A stretch of DNA of 64,000 nucleotides from Nitrosopumilus sp. (GTDB taxonomy: Archaea; Thermoproteota; Nitrososphaeria; Nitrososphaerales; Nitrosopumilaceae), in NCBI GenBank assembly GCA_965197525.1, contig OZ240211.1, forward strand, positions 1,888,001 through 1,952,000. Direction: 5' to 3'. Positions 9,801-20,406 of this stretch are shown here, in pieces (positions within the stretch are counted from its first letter, which is position 1; every line of letters starts with the position of its first letter). The notes under the pieces are model-generated. The model worked only from the letters and a program-made list of their open reading frames with translations, did no database searches and was not told the DNA's origin. Both the position numbers and the translations under genes were made by a program.

Positions 9801-12800
9801 TTATGGGATTTCTTCTATTGATATTCTAATCTTTTGCCCGTCAATGTCTACTTGTTTGTATTCTTTGCAAGTTTCTGTAAAATTAACCTGTTTTACTCTG
9901 ACTAGGAACGCTAACTCCTCGGATCTCTGTTTTATCATGTCAAGTGATTCCTCCTTCAAATCCAAAATTGACGCAACCTCCAAAACGTCAGTAGGCGTAT
10001 ATCCTCTCTCTTTTCTTAATTCCTGCAGTCGTCGTGCGATATCTTTTACCAATCCTTTTGCAATCATATCTTTATTTCGTAATGTTGAGATTATTACAAT
10101 ATAGCCGTCTCTCTTTGCTAGTGCAAAATCAGTATCAGCATCAAAGTCTAGTACAAAATCTTCTGTATCAAGTGAAATCGTGTTTCCATCTATATCAAAG
10201 TCGTATCTGCTGTATTTTTGCAATGATGATACAATCTCTTTTGGTGATGTCTTGTTAAATATTTCAACTAATCTTCCCATGTGCTGTTTTACTTTGGGCC
10301 CTATCTCCTTTCTCTTTAATTCTATCATTGGTTTGATGGGCAATCCTAACCCTTTGTCTAACTCTATTATCTGCTCTAATCCTGTCTTGGAGTCATTATC
10401 ATCATCATCATCGCCATCTTTTACCTCAATAATACTAAAGCCCTCTACATTTAGTTGAGCCTGCAGTAACTCTGATAGTGACTCTAGCTTGGCTTTTTGG
10501 CCTTTTTTTACACAAATCTGTGCTTTATCAAGTGGCCATCTTCTCTTTAGTTTACCCTTCATTCTTGCAGCAGCTGACAGTGATACAACATTTGTCATAA
10601 TATCAAATGCCTCTTCAATCTCTTCATCCACTAGTTCTTCTTGGTACAAAGGCCATTGTTCAAGTAATATGCTAGGCTTTCTCTGGAATACTGTTTGGTA
10701 AAAGTATTCGCTGGTAAATGGGCAGAACGGATGTATCAACACGTCTAACGTCTCCAGTACTATATTCAATACCGCATATATTGCAAGTCTTCTGTCTTTT
10801 TGAGATTCATCCTCATTCCACAACTCTCCCCTTGTAATTGGGATGTATGTCTTGCTTAGAGTATTTATTATAAAGTCATCTATTGCTCTTGCGCTCTCAT
10901 GAAATCTACTAGTTTGGTTTTTTTCAGTCATCTTTTGAATTAATTTTTGCAGTTTTGATAGTAGCCAAATCTCAGGAGGAGTCAACAATCCTTTCTGTTT
11001 GACCCACTGCATCGTGTAATCTTTGTTGAAATTATCATATTGACTATTTTGTTTAAAGTATAGATGCAGGTTAAACAGTGTATCAATCACTTGGTAGGGT
11101 CTTAGCATCAACTCATCCGTACTGAAACTTAGTTGCTCTATCGGACTTGCTTTCCACATAAAATAGAATCTAATCAAATCTACTGGATATTTTTCAAGCA
11201 GCTCTTCTCCTTCCAACACATTTCCCTTGCTTTTGCTCATCTTACCTCCTTTTTCATCTAACACATGACCTTGAAATAAAAATGCCTTGTAGGGAGGTAT
11301 TGACGCATTGTTTAAAATTACATTCTCAATTAGTAATGTGTATGCCCATCCTCTGGTCTGATCGATTCCTTCCGTGAAGAATGGTGCAGGTATATCTTTT
11401 GTGTATTCGTCCTCAGTCAGTGATGCGTATGGAGCTGCACCGCTGTTGTGCCATGTATCTAATACGTATTCCTCTCTTTTTGTATTTACTCCATTGCAAT
11501 TCTTACATCTTATTGTAATGTTGTCAATCCACGGTCGGTGTAATTCAAAGTTTGGACCATCAGGCAGCTTGTCTGCTGACTTTACTATGTCCTCTCTTGT
11601 AAAGAACCAGTTCTTTTCATTACAGTCGTTGCAGTCCCACACAGGTAGGGGACAACCCCATACTCTCTCTCGTGAGATGCACCATGGGTGTCGTTCTTTG
11701 ATAATGCCTAGGAACCTGTTTCTTGGCTGCTCAAAAAAGTATTCCACGCTTGATGCTGCATCAATTGCTTTGTCTTCTAGCCTGTCTAATTTGTAAAACC
11801 ATCCTCGCCTTGCAAGCCATACGATTCTGTGGTGCGATCTCCAGCATAAGGGATACTTGTGTTTGATTCTGCCTATCTTCACTAGTGCATTACAGTCTTT
11901 TAGATCTTCTACTATTGGCCTGTCTGCATCTCTAACAAACATCCCTTGGTATTTTTTTCCTGCTTTTTGCGTGAATTTTACCTCGTCATCTATTGGACTA
12001 AAAACCTTGACATGGCGTTTGTTTGCAATCTTGATGTCCTCTTCTCCGTTTGCAGGGGAGAGATGAACTAGACCGCTACCTGCACTTACATCAACAAATG
12101 GTTCAGATATTGCAACATGATAATTATCTGCTTTGGCATGCTCTGCTAGTTCCGGAATCAACTCTAACAACGGATGGATGTATTTTTTTCCTTCAAACTC
12201 TGTCCCCTTTGCAGTCTTTAATATCTGATAGTCCGTAATGTCCATCTCTGCCATACATTCTTCTAATCGGGTCTTTCCAATTACCCATGTCTCATTGCCT
12301 ACTTTTACAAAGGCATAATCTTCCTTTGGTTGCAGTCCCACCATTGCGTCAGTTACCAGTGTAAATGGCATTGTAGTCCATACTATCAAAAACACATCTT
12401 CTTCTTCATCAACTAGCTTTACCTTGTAGTATAGCGATGGATCCTTTACTTCCTCATATCCTTGGTTTACTTCTGCATGACTGAGTGATGTCTGACAGCT
12501 TGGACAGTACGCTATTACGGTATAATCTTCTTCTAAAATTTTATTCTCGTATGCCTTTTTTAGAACTTGCCACTCTCGTTGAATAAATTCGTCCCTAAAA
12601 GTCCAGTACGCTTTCTCGTGATTAAATGACATTCCAAGCAAGTCATCAACTTTTACCCATATCTCGTTGAATCTCTGCACGACTTTTTTACACTCTTGTA
12701 CAATCCTTTCTACCCCAAATTCCTTGATGGCCTCGGTTTTTCCTCCTTTTACTCCTAGCTCTTTTTCAACTTGTAGCTCTACTGGAAGTCCCTGCGTGTC

Positions 12801-13046
12801 CCATCCTCCATTAAATTCGATCTTCTTTCCTTGTAGTGTGTTGAACCTGTACCAGAAATCCTTGATTACCCGTCCTCTTAGGTGTCCTGCATGTGGTATG
12901 CCATTCATGGTGGGTGGACCTTCAATGAATCTGATTGTTTCAGGTTTGTCTGATGCAAAAATTTGCTTCTCCAAATCAATTGATTTTATGTATTGCTTTA
13001 TCTGTGATTCAACTGCCTTTGCATCAAATTTGTTTGCAAGTTCCAT
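9801..13046 (-). CDS. ileS: isoleucine--tRNA ligase
   Basis: EGPPTMNGIPHAGH (HIGH), GWDTQGLPVE, WTTMPFTL and KMSKS motifs. Confidence 0.97.
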   Translation of the reverse strand: MELANKFDAKAVESQIKQYIKSIDLEKQIFASDKPETIRFIEGPPTMNGIPHAGHLRGRVIKDFWYRFNTLQGKKIEFNGGWDTQGLPVELQVEKELGVKGGKTEAIKEFGVERIVQECKKVVQRFNEIWVKVDDLLGMSFNHEKAYWTFRDEFIQREWQVLKKAYENKILEEDYTVIAYCPSCQTSLSHAEVNQGYEEVKDPSLYYKVKLVDEEEDVFLIVWTTMPFTLVTDAMVGLQPKEDYAFVKVGNETWVIGKTRLEECMAEMDITDYQILKTAKGTEFEGKKYIHPLLELIPELAEHAKADNYHVAISEPFVDVSAGSGLVHLSPANGEEDIKIANKRHVKVFSPIDDEVKFTQKAGKKYQGMFVRDADRPIVEDLKDCNALVKIGRIKHKYPLCWRSHHRIVWLARRGWFYKLDRLEDKAIDAASSVEYFFEQPRNRFLGIIKERHPWCISRERVWGCPLPVWDCNDCNEKNWFFTREDIVKSADKLPDGPNFELHRPWIDNITIRCKNCNGVNTKREEYVLDTWHNSGAAPYASLTEDEYTKDIPAPFFTEGIDQTRGWAYTLLIENVILNNASIPPYKAFLFQGHVLDEKGGKMSKSKGNVLEGEELLEKYPVDLIRFYFMWKASPIEQLSFSTDELMLRPYQVIDTLFNLHLYFKQNSQYDNFNKDYTMQWVKQKGLLTPPEIWLLSKLQKLIQKMTEKNQTSRFHESARAIDDFIINTLSKTYIPITRGELWNEDESQKDRRLAIYAVLNIVLETLDVLIHPFCPFTSEYFYQTVFQRKPSILLEQWPLYQEELVDEEIEEAFDIMTNVVSLSAAARMKGKLKRRWPLDKAQICVKKGQKAKLESLSELLQAQLNVEGFSIIEVKDGDDDDDNDSKTGLEQIIELDKGLGLPIKPMIELKRKEIGPKVKQHMGRLVEIFNKTSPKEIVSSLQKYSRYDFDIDGNTISLDTEDFVLDFDADTDFALAKRDGYIVIISTLRNKDMIAKGLVKDIARRLQELRKERGYTPTDVLEVASILDLKEESLDMIKQRSEELAFLVRVKQVNFTETCKEYKQVDIDGQKIRISIEEIP

Positions 13047-13298
13047 CTAGATTTTGATTTATGTGTGGCATTATAAAGCTAAATTGTCGATGATACACAA
13101 CAGGTTGCTGTCATCAGAAACAGTACCACACTGTTAAAAAGTCGAGATTTTAGTGATATGGCACCTTGGTAGTTCTTGTCGCCATCGTGGCAGTTACTCT
13201 AGTTTGTACTTTTGATTTTCTTATTCTTGCTGTTCTTGCCGTCATTGTATCATAAATCAAACCCTCACAGCATATTTTTAAGGGTATTTTAAAAAATC

Positions 13299-14657
13299 TT
13301 GAGTATGGGCAAAACTAAATTTCTGATTGTAGGGGGTGGAGGACGTGAGTGTGCCTTTGCACTCAGACTTGTAACAGACACACAACTATACGCTGTTATT
13401 AGTCATGATAACCCTCTCATTGTGGATTGTGTTAAACAGTCAGGTGGCAGATATTTGATTGGTGACGTAAATGATCCTCATGTGGTTTTGAATTTTGTCA
13501 AAGAACATGCAATTGACTATACTTTTGTTAATGCTGATCAGCCATTGGCAAACGGCGTAGTTGATATCTTACTTGAGAATAACTTTAAGGCTATTGGGGG
13601 AACAAAGCAAGCAACTCGTATTGAATGGGATAAAGTATATTCCATTGAAATGATGCAAAAGGTCTGCCCTGAATTTACACCATTTTACAGAATTGTCTCA
13701 AATACTGCTGAACTAAAAGATGCCATATCAGAGTTTGAGTCTCTTGGGCTTGATATAGTGGTAAAACCTCAAGGACTTACAGGTGGCAAGGGTGTAAAAG
13801 TAATGCCTGAGCATCTTCTCACATATCAGCACTGCTCTGATTATGCCTCTCTACTTCTTGAGAAGAATCAGGATGAACAGGTTCTGCTAGTTGAACGATT
13901 AGACGGCATCGAGTTTACCATCATGGGTATTACTGATGGCAAGAATCTCGTAATCTCTCCTGCAAGCTATGACTATCCATTTAGGTATGAAGATGATAAA
14001 GGTGCAGGAACTGGAGGTATGGGGTGTTTTACTAGTTCAGAGAAGAAACTTCCGTTTATGAGTGATAAAGATTTGGATGACTGTCGATTAATAATGCATA
14101 GGATAATAGACGAGATGAGATCAAAGAATCTCTTTTTCAACGGTGTCCTCAATGGTGGGTTCTTTAAAACTAAAAAAGGTATACAATTTATGGAATTTAA
14201 TGGTCGTTTTGGAGATCCTGAAGTACTAAACATCCTGAGTGTTCTTGAGGGGTCTTTTTCTGATTTGTTAATACACATTTGGAACAAGACACTATCTGAT
14301 GATGTGGTCTCTTTTGCTAAAAAAGCATGTGTTACCAAATATTTGGTTGCAAAAGAGTATCCTGATCCCAGTAAACAAGCAACATCTTTTACTCTTGATG
14401 AAAAGGCTATTGCTGATCTTGGTGTGACAACGTTTTTTGCCTCTTGTATAAAAACAGACGAACACAAATACGAAACATTGAAAAAATCACGAGCTATTGC
14501 ATTTGGTGCTGTCTCAGATACCATTGATGATGCCTCATCCTTGGTAAACCAAGTTATTGACACTTATGTTACAGGTGTATTGGAGTACCGACGTGATATT
14601 GGTTCTAAAAAGAGCTTACAAAAATTGGAAACAATTAACGCAGGCCTGATTTTATAA
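13299..14657 (+). CDS. purD: phosphoribosylamine--glycine ligase
   Basis: GGGGRECA, GLTGGKGV, GTGGMG, EFNGRFGDPE and YRRDIG motifs. Confidence 0.92.
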   Translation: MSMGKTKFLIVGGGGRECAFALRLVTDTQLYAVISHDNPLIVDCVKQSGGRYLIGDVNDPHVVLNFVKEHAIDYTFVNADQPLANGVVDILLENNFKAIGGTKQATRIEWDKVYSIEMMQKVCPEFTPFYRIVSNTAELKDAISEFESLGLDIVVKPQGLTGGKGVKVMPEHLLTYQHCSDYASLLLEKNQDEQVLLVERLDGIEFTIMGITDGKNLVISPASYDYPFRYEDDKGAGTGGMGCFTSSEKKLPFMSDKDLDDCRLIMHRIIDEMRSKNLFFNGVLNGGFFKTKKGIQFMEFNGRFGDPEVLNILSVLEGSFSDLLIHIWNKTLSDDVVSFAKKACVTKYLVAKEYPDPSKQATSFTLDEKAIADLGVTTFFASCIKTDEHKYETLKKSRAIAFGAVSDTIDDASSLVNQVIDTYVTGVLEYRRDIGSKKSLQKLETINAGLIL

Positions 14658-14749
14658 TAGACTAGTATTATTTTTTGTAACTTGCAACTTTGTGTGCATG
14701 TGTATTTTTTAGGATTGTTATTGCGTCTTGGAAATATTATGGCGCCCCA

Positions 14750-15337
14750 TTATTTACTGTAGTGATTCTTGCTTGTTTTACTAGTCTGTATTGTTCTATT
14801 CTCAGTTACTATCCAATCAATAATAATATCGTGCTCTGAGATTGGAATTTTTTTTACAATTTGTTTCTCTAGTGTAAGCGAGATTGTTACTGTTTTATTA
14901 TCTGCTAAAAATCTGTCATAGTATCCATGGCCATAACCCAGTCTGACGCCTGTAGGAGTTATCGCTACGGTGGGTACTAGAACTACATCTAGTTTGTTGT
15001 CTGTCTCACAACTGTCTTTAGGCTCCATTATCCCAAAATTGCCTATCTCTAGGCTTGAAAAATCAGCAATCTTTCTAAATTCCATGTCTTCTTCTCTTGT
15101 TTTTGGCAGGAACACCTCTCTTCCTTGACTGAGCAGCTCTTGGATGATGTCCTGTGTAAGAATTTCACTTCCTATCGGATAGTAGACCCCAATCTTTTGA
15201 GCGTTTTTGAATGCGTAAACCCTTTTCAATTTTTTCTGTATTCTTTCACTTGCAATCTTCATTAGATCAAAAGACGTGTTGTCTCTTTTCTCTAATAGAA
15301 GATGTCTTAGTGATTCTTTCTCAGGATTGTCTTTCAA
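14750..15337 (-). CDS. 5-formyltetrahydrofolate cyclo-ligase
   Basis: VVLVPTVA and RLGYGHGYYDRFL motifs. Confidence 0.93.
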   Translation of the reverse strand: MKDNPEKESLRHLLLEKRDNTSFDLMKIASERIQKKLKRVYAFKNAQKIGVYYPIGSEILTQDIIQELLSQGREVFLPKTREEDMEFRKIADFSSLEIGNFGIMEPKDSCETDNKLDVVLVPTVAITPTGVRLGYGHGYYDRFLADNKTVTISLTLEKQIVKKIPISEHDIIIDWIVTENRTIQTSKTSKNHYSK

Positions 15338-16220
15338 TTTTAATACCCAAAGATGCCGTTTTCGTTGTAATTGTAGCTGCTGCTGCCGCTGTAACTGTAT
15401 TTTTTAATAGCATTGCAACAGTCATTGGCCCTACTCCTCCAGGAACAGGTGTTGCAAAAGATGCTTTTTGAATTATCTGCTCAAAATCTGAATCACCAAC
15501 TAGTTTATCCTGATATCGTGATATTGCCACATCAACTACAACTGCGTCCTTGTTTATCATATCAGGTGTCAGTGTAAATTTTGCTCTATTGCCAACTGCC
15601 GTAATTACAACATCTGCCATTTGGCACAATTCTGTTAGATTTTCGGTTTTGGAATGGCATGTTATGACAGTTGCATTTTTTTCTAGCAACAAGTGATACA
15701 AAGGTTTTCCAACCAGGTTGCTTCTGTTGATTAACACTACATTTTTTCTCTCTAAATCAATTCCATGGTAATCAAACATCTCCATTATCCCTAACGGTGT
15801 ACATGCAATTAATGACGCCCTTCTCATTGCAAGCAGTCCTGCGTTGTGTGGTGTCAGCCCATCTACATCCTTTGATGGCAATATCTTTGATATTGCATCA
15901 AACTCGTCTAACTGTTTGGGCAGTGGCAGCTGAATCAGTATTCCGTGTACTGACACATCTGAGTTTAACTCTTTGATAATGTCAGTTAGTTTTGCTTGGG
16001 TGGTCATGGCATCTAACTTGTAATCCTTTGTTGTTATTCCTACCTCTTGACATGCCTTGTGTTTATTTCTGACATATGTGGCAGAGGCTTGGTCTTCTCC
16101 TACTAGTATTGTTGCCAAGCAAGGAACAACATTGTGCTTGTTTAACTCTTTTACGTTCATTTTGATTCGTTCCTTGACTGCCTTGGCGATAACTATACCG
16201 TCAATCCTAATCCCTGCCAT
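15321..16220 (-). CDS. folD: bifunctional methylenetetrahydrofolate dehydrogenase/cyclohydrolase
   Basis: YVRNK, GILIQLPLP, KDVDG and TPVPGGVGPMT motifs. Confidence 0.96.
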   Translation of the reverse strand: MAGIRIDGIVIAKAVKERIKMNVKELNKHNVVPCLATILVGEDQASATYVRNKHKACQEVGITTKDYKLDAMTTQAKLTDIIKELNSDVSVHGILIQLPLPKQLDEFDAISKILPSKDVDGLTPHNAGLLAMRRASLIACTPLGIMEMFDYHGIDLERKNVVLINRSNLVGKPLYHLLLEKNATVITCHSKTENLTELCQMADVVITAVGNRAKFTLTPDMINKDAVVVDVAISRYQDKLVGDSDFEQIIQKASFATPVPGGVGPMTVAMLLKNTVTAAAAATITTKTASLGIKIERQS

Positions 16221-16518
16221 ATACTGATCTTAGTTTGTAGATATTTAATTCTTGGAGAACTCACATACTATGCACTCAGATTCCATCTAGTTCTAGGCGT
16301 GATTTTACAATGTGCTACGTTTTTTTGTGCCTACGCAGACACCGGACCTACGCATACCACTCGCTCATCGAATATTTTATTAGTGTATTGAAAAAAAAAA
16401 ATACTGTACGCTTGATATGGTTGGTTTGCTGATATATACTAATCACTATCAAACCCGTCCTCTGATTAGACGCAACAGTCGGAGGATGCTTTTTATCATC
16501 TGCATTAAAATATTCGTT

Positions 16519-16601
16519 GCTCAGATAGCCTAGTCTGGTAGGGCGTCTGACTTCTAATCCGATCATGTTGCGTGACGAGGGTTCGAATCTCTCTCTGAGC
16601 G
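16519..16601 (+). tRNA. tRNA-Arg (anticodon TCT) with a long variable arm
   Basis: Acceptor GCTCAGA/TCTGAGC, D-arm GCC..GGC, anticodon loop CT-TCT-AA, T-arm GAGGG-TTCGAAT-CTCTC, discriminator G, followed by a T-run. Confidence 0.85.
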
Positions 16602-16740
16602 TTTTTGTTATGCTGGATTTTCTTTGTGAAGGCTCGCATTTTGAATCAGCACAACCTTTTGAACCTGCGTTCACTAATGTATGTAATCCCAATAAATATC
16701 TGTAAAGCAATTAAATAATGGCATCTTTGCTGTTTAGAGT

Positions 16741-17028
16741 ATGTTTGTAATGATGGCAAAAGTGAAACTAAATTCAGGTGTAGATGCTCAGTTTAAGAGT
16801 TGGTTCTCCGAATCAAACAAGGCATTATCTGCATTTCCTGGATTTATCTCTAGACGATTGTTGCAATCAGCTGACGATGGCAGTTATACAGTAATTGTAG
16901 AACATGAGAGTAAAGAGAGTTTTATCAAGATGCATCAGAGTCCGGAACATCAAAAAGTTCATCCGATAGGCCGTTCTTTTATGAGTGCTGATCCTATAAA
17001 ACAAGCATACACACTGGCAGCATCATAA
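16741..17028 (+). CDS. antibiotic biosynthesis monooxygenase (ABM) domain protein
   Basis: FPGFISRRLLQS and SKESFIKMHQSPEH match the ABM pattern. Confidence 0.8.
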   Translation: MFVMMAKVKLNSGVDAQFKSWFSESNKALSAFPGFISRRLLQSADDGSYTVIVEHESKESFIKMHQSPEHQKVHPIGRSFMSADPIKQAYTLAAS

Positions 17029-17029
17029 A

Positions 17030-17356
17030 TTGAAACTCGAGTTTACTTTAGATTCATATCTTGACAAGATTAAAAACAGCGATTCCTATTTTTACACTTT
17101 TATAAACAAAGATAGCTTGGCTGCAGGTGTTCTAGTGCTTGAGCCGGGGGACACAGATACACAAACACCTCACGACAGCGATGAGGTGTATTACGTCATC
17201 TCAGGTGACGGGTTTTTAAAGATTAGAGACAAAGATTACAATGTTGCAAAAGACAAGTTATATTTTGTAAAACAGGGAGTAGAGCATTTTTTTCATGGTA
17301 ATAAAACAGAGTTGGTAGTATTGTATTTTTTTGGCAGACCAGATGATTCTGATTAA
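17030..17356 (+). CDS. cupin domain protein
   Basis: PHDSDEVYYVISGDG and VKQGVEHFF cupin motifs. Confidence 0.9.
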   Translation: MKLEFTLDSYLDKIKNSDSYFYTFINKDSLAAGVLVLEPGDTDTQTPHDSDEVYYVISGDGFLKIRDKDYNVAKDKLYFVKQGVEHFFHGNKTELVVLYFFGRPDDSD

Positions 17357-17970
17357 CTGATAACTACTCTTCCCTTGATAACCCTGATCTTTTTTCTTGC
17401 AAAGAGATCTATTGCCAGTGGGTATATTCGATGCTCTTCTTTTAGAATCTTTGCTGATAACGTCTCCTCTGTATCGCCTTCGTTAACTTTGACTATTGAT
17501 TGTACTATTATTGGACCTGTGTCTACTCCGTCATCAACAAAATGTACTGTACATCCTGAATACTTTACCCCGCGCTGTACAGCTTGTCTTTGTGCGTTTA
17601 GCCCTGGAAACGATGGTAGCAATGCAGGATGCATGTTCATTATTCTATTTTTGTATCTCTTTACAAACTCTGGACTAATGATTCTCATAAATCCTGCAAA
17701 ACATACTAGACCGTTTCTTGGAGTGACTCTATATCTTGACAGGATATCTATCAATGCCTTGTCATACTCTGTTCTGTCGCCTTTGAAGTCTTTACTCTCT
17801 AGAACCTCTACTGCCACGCCTAATTTCTTTGCAATTCTTATGCCTGCTGCATCTTGTTTGTTTGAAATAACTATTGTAGGGTTGATTGGAATCTTCTTTC
17901 TCTTTACTGCCTTTAGAATGGATTCCATGTTGCTTCCACGACCTGATATCAGAATTCCTAAATTTAACAA
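17353..17970 (-). CDS. purN: phosphoribosylglycinamide formyltransferase
   Basis: ISGRGSNM, NMHPALLPSFPG and GCTVHFVDDGVDTGPII motifs. Confidence 0.96.
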   Translation of the reverse strand: MLNLGILISGRGSNMESILKAVKRKKIPINPTIVISNKQDAAGIRIAKKLGVAVEVLESKDFKGDRTEYDKALIDILSRYRVTPRNGLVCFAGFMRIISPEFVKRYKNRIMNMHPALLPSFPGLNAQRQAVQRGVKYSGCTVHFVDDGVDTGPIIVQSIVKVNEGDTEETLSAKILKEEHRIYPLAIDLFARKKIRVIKGRVVIS

Positions 17971-18287
17971 CTAGTTTTTGTGTGCTGTATCTATAATTAA
18001 TGTATATGCCGATTTTAGCTTTAGACTCTCCATCCATGTTTTATCTTGTGTGAAGAGCAGTTCGTCTTTCTGTATGTAAAATGCACCGCAAGTAAATGCG
18101 TCAGCATTGGGATTATTGGAAAAATGACTGCGATGTCTAACAAAGGAGATGCTGTTATTGATGGAAAGTCAGGAGAAAAGTCCGATGTAAATAAGAAAGT
18201 AGACTGTTTTCTGATTAAAGTTTATTGGAATGATCTGAAACTATCAACGTATGCAAGCCAAGAATTGCCAGGATGTGATATGGCAGT

Positions 18288-19733
18288 ATGAATGAATCTG
18301 TAGTAGAAGATCTAGAATCAGCTATCCGTGGAGAAGTGATGCTTCAAGATGAGATCAGACAGTTATACTCGCTTGATGCAAGTGCATACCAGATTGTCCC
18401 TGACGTAGTTGTGGTTCCTACAGACGAAGACGATGTGGTCAGTGCAATCACGATAGCCAAGAGGACTAGAACCCCTATTACGCCGCGAGGAGCGGGCACT
18501 GGACTGGTAGGAGGTGCATTGAACACAGGCATCATACTTGATATGAAGAACTTTGACACAGTCAACGTCGATGGGAGTAGAGCTGTTGTAGGTGTGGGTG
18601 TGCGCAAAGGGCGGCTTGATCAGATACTTGGTAGGCACGGGAAGATTTTTGCCCCTAATCCGTCAGTAGGCGCGTTCTGTTCTATTGGGGGCATGCTGGG
18701 AAACAATGCTGGAGGAAGCAGGAGTGTCAAATACGGCAGCACGGTAGACAATGTCACAAAGGTCAGATTTGTAGATGGAACAGGCAAGACTGTCACCCTG
18801 CCAGATGACAGACAGGTAGGGGAGAAGATCCTAAAGATTGCAGGTTCTGCCCAAATAGAGATGTTTCCGCAGGTGACCAAGAATTCTTCAGGATACCGGC
18901 TAGACAAAGTAAGGACTATTGATGAGACGCACAGGATTCTTGTTGGTTCTGAAGGAACACTTGGGATAATTCTGTCAGCAGAATTATGTCTGATAGACGA
19001 ATCTGCGTACAAGCGTCTCTTTGTACTCAGGTATGACTCCCTTGCAACTGCCATGTCTGACTGCGTCAGGATCGTAAAGACTGGGCCGTCGGCTTTGGAG
19101 TTCGTGGATCGCCATGTGATCGAGAAGATGAATGTGGAGATAGGTCAAGATGCCGAATGTATCTTACTAGTAGAATATGATGAGCATATTCGAGACGATG
19201 CAGAAATTCTCAAAACATTCACAGGCAGAATCACGGCAGATTTGGAGGATGCCGCAGAGATAGACTGGTGGTGGAACCACAGGAATGCCGCACTACACTA
19301 CAGCATGAGTGCTGTGCCGCTACAATTGCGTACGCCCCACATAATTGATGATGCTGCCGTGCCGTTAGAAAGAATCAACGATCTATTTTGCATATTAGAT
19401 GATATAAACAAAAAGTACAAGACCAGTACTATCACGTTTGGACATGCAGGAGATGGAAACATCCATGCCCGCCTCATCTTGGATAACATGGATACCAAGA
19501 TCCTCAAGAGGATAGCAAGTCAATACTATGTGGGTATCAACCGTCTGGGCGGCACCATTACTGCAGAACACGGAGACGGATTTGTATCATCAGAGTTTGT
19601 CAGGAGACAGTATGGCCACCTAAACTACAAGGCATTTCAGGAAGTAAAGCAGATATTTGATCCGTGCAACATACTAAACCCTGACAAAAAGATAACTAGC
19701 AAGAGTAGCATAGTAGAGAATCTGTTATTGTAA
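18288..19733 (+). CDS. FAD-linked oxidase (GlcD/D-lactate dehydrogenase family)
   Basis: TPRGAGTGLVGG, GSEGTLGII, GHAGDGNIH and TAEHGDG motifs. Confidence 0.9.
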   Translation: MNESVVEDLESAIRGEVMLQDEIRQLYSLDASAYQIVPDVVVVPTDEDDVVSAITIAKRTRTPITPRGAGTGLVGGALNTGIILDMKNFDTVNVDGSRAVVGVGVRKGRLDQILGRHGKIFAPNPSVGAFCSIGGMLGNNAGGSRSVKYGSTVDNVTKVRFVDGTGKTVTLPDDRQVGEKILKIAGSAQIEMFPQVTKNSSGYRLDKVRTIDETHRILVGSEGTLGIILSAELCLIDESAYKRLFVLRYDSLATAMSDCVRIVKTGPSALEFVDRHVIEKMNVEIGQDAECILLVEYDEHIRDDAEILKTFTGRITADLEDAAEIDWWWNHRNAALHYSMSAVPLQLRTPHIIDDAAVPLERINDLFCILDDINKKYKTSTITFGHAGDGNIHARLILDNMDTKILKRIASQYYVGINRLGGTITAEHGDGFVSSEFVRRQYGHLNYKAFQEVKQIFDPCNILNPDKKITSKSSIVENLLL

Positions 19734-19746
19734 CGCGCCTTGTGTA

Positions 19747-20220
19747 TTAAGAGAAGTCTCTGTCTCTTTCTATTGATACAGTATAGTACGGTTTGTCTGC
19801 CCTTCTCTTCTTTGATACAGTAGTTGTAATCTGTGCATCGTCTGCTATTATTAGCTGTCTGTCGTGTCTTATCTCGTCATTATTTTTTAATTTAGGATCA
19901 ACTATCAAGCCGTTATTCTCGGGTGGTGATGCCTGCAGCACCTCAAAGACTCCTCCAGTCAAGTTGTCTAAATCTCCAAGATAGTCAGGCCTGTCTATCC
20001 TTGTTTCAGGATTGGGGTCATAGACTGTCAACTCTAGTTTTATTGGGCCTTTTAGATACTCACCTTTCAATTTTTTACTTTCCTTGTATGCTCTTTGTCT
20101 TAGATTGACTACCAGCTGAATTTGATTATTGCCAGCAGACCACAGTGACGGTTTGGTTTTCTTTGGAGGTTTTCCTTCTACTCTAAATTCAATCTTGTCT
20201 CTCTTTCTTAGAAAATTCAT
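19747..20220 (-). CDS. RusA-like endodeoxyribonuclease (putative)
   Basis: GPIKLELTVY...DLDNL...DDAQI matches the spacing of RusA catalytic residues. Confidence 0.6.
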   Translation of the reverse strand: MNFLRKRDKIEFRVEGKPPKKTKPSLWSAGNNQIQLVVNLRQRAYKESKKLKGEYLKGPIKLELTVYDPNPETRIDRPDYLGDLDNLTGGVFEVLQASPPENNGLIVDPKLKNNDEIRHDRQLIIADDAQITTTVSKKRRADKPYYTVSIERDRDFS

Positions 20221-20406
20221 CTGATATTCTTATCTCGATTTGTATATGTCATAATAATAATATACGTCTACTGTCTTTGCATTTGCTTGTTTATTGATTC
20301 AAATGTGTTGCCACTCCCACAAATCCCAGGATCAAAAATAGTTTGATCTCTAGCTAATATTTGACAAACTTTTAATTTATATCAAATTCATTCTTCTTGT
20401 CTTTCA

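Noticed and set aside
10393-10418. Poly-Asp (GAT)n stretch in ileS
   Set aside because: Short in-frame microsatellite in a variable loop; no frame disruption and no splice motif
13973-14563. Long antisense ORFs (also 17375-17974, 31647-32111, 51055-51555, 55806-56297 and similar)
   Set aside because: Shadow frames of well-supported genes on the opposite strand
16563-16576. tRNA intron explaining the long variable region
   Set aside because: Only about 9 extra nt, no BHB geometry found, and the segment forms a clean variable-arm hairpin
16348-16710. 120-aa minus-strand ORF
   Set aside because: Antisense to the tRNA gene, with no protein-like features
18046-18291. 81-aa ORF upstream of the FAD oxidase
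   Set aside because: No recognisable motif; lies in the divergent promoter region of purN and the oxidase
18288-19733. Horizontal origin of the FAD oxidase, based on apparently higher GC
   Set aside because: Visual impression only; needs a computed GC/codon profile and a phylogeny
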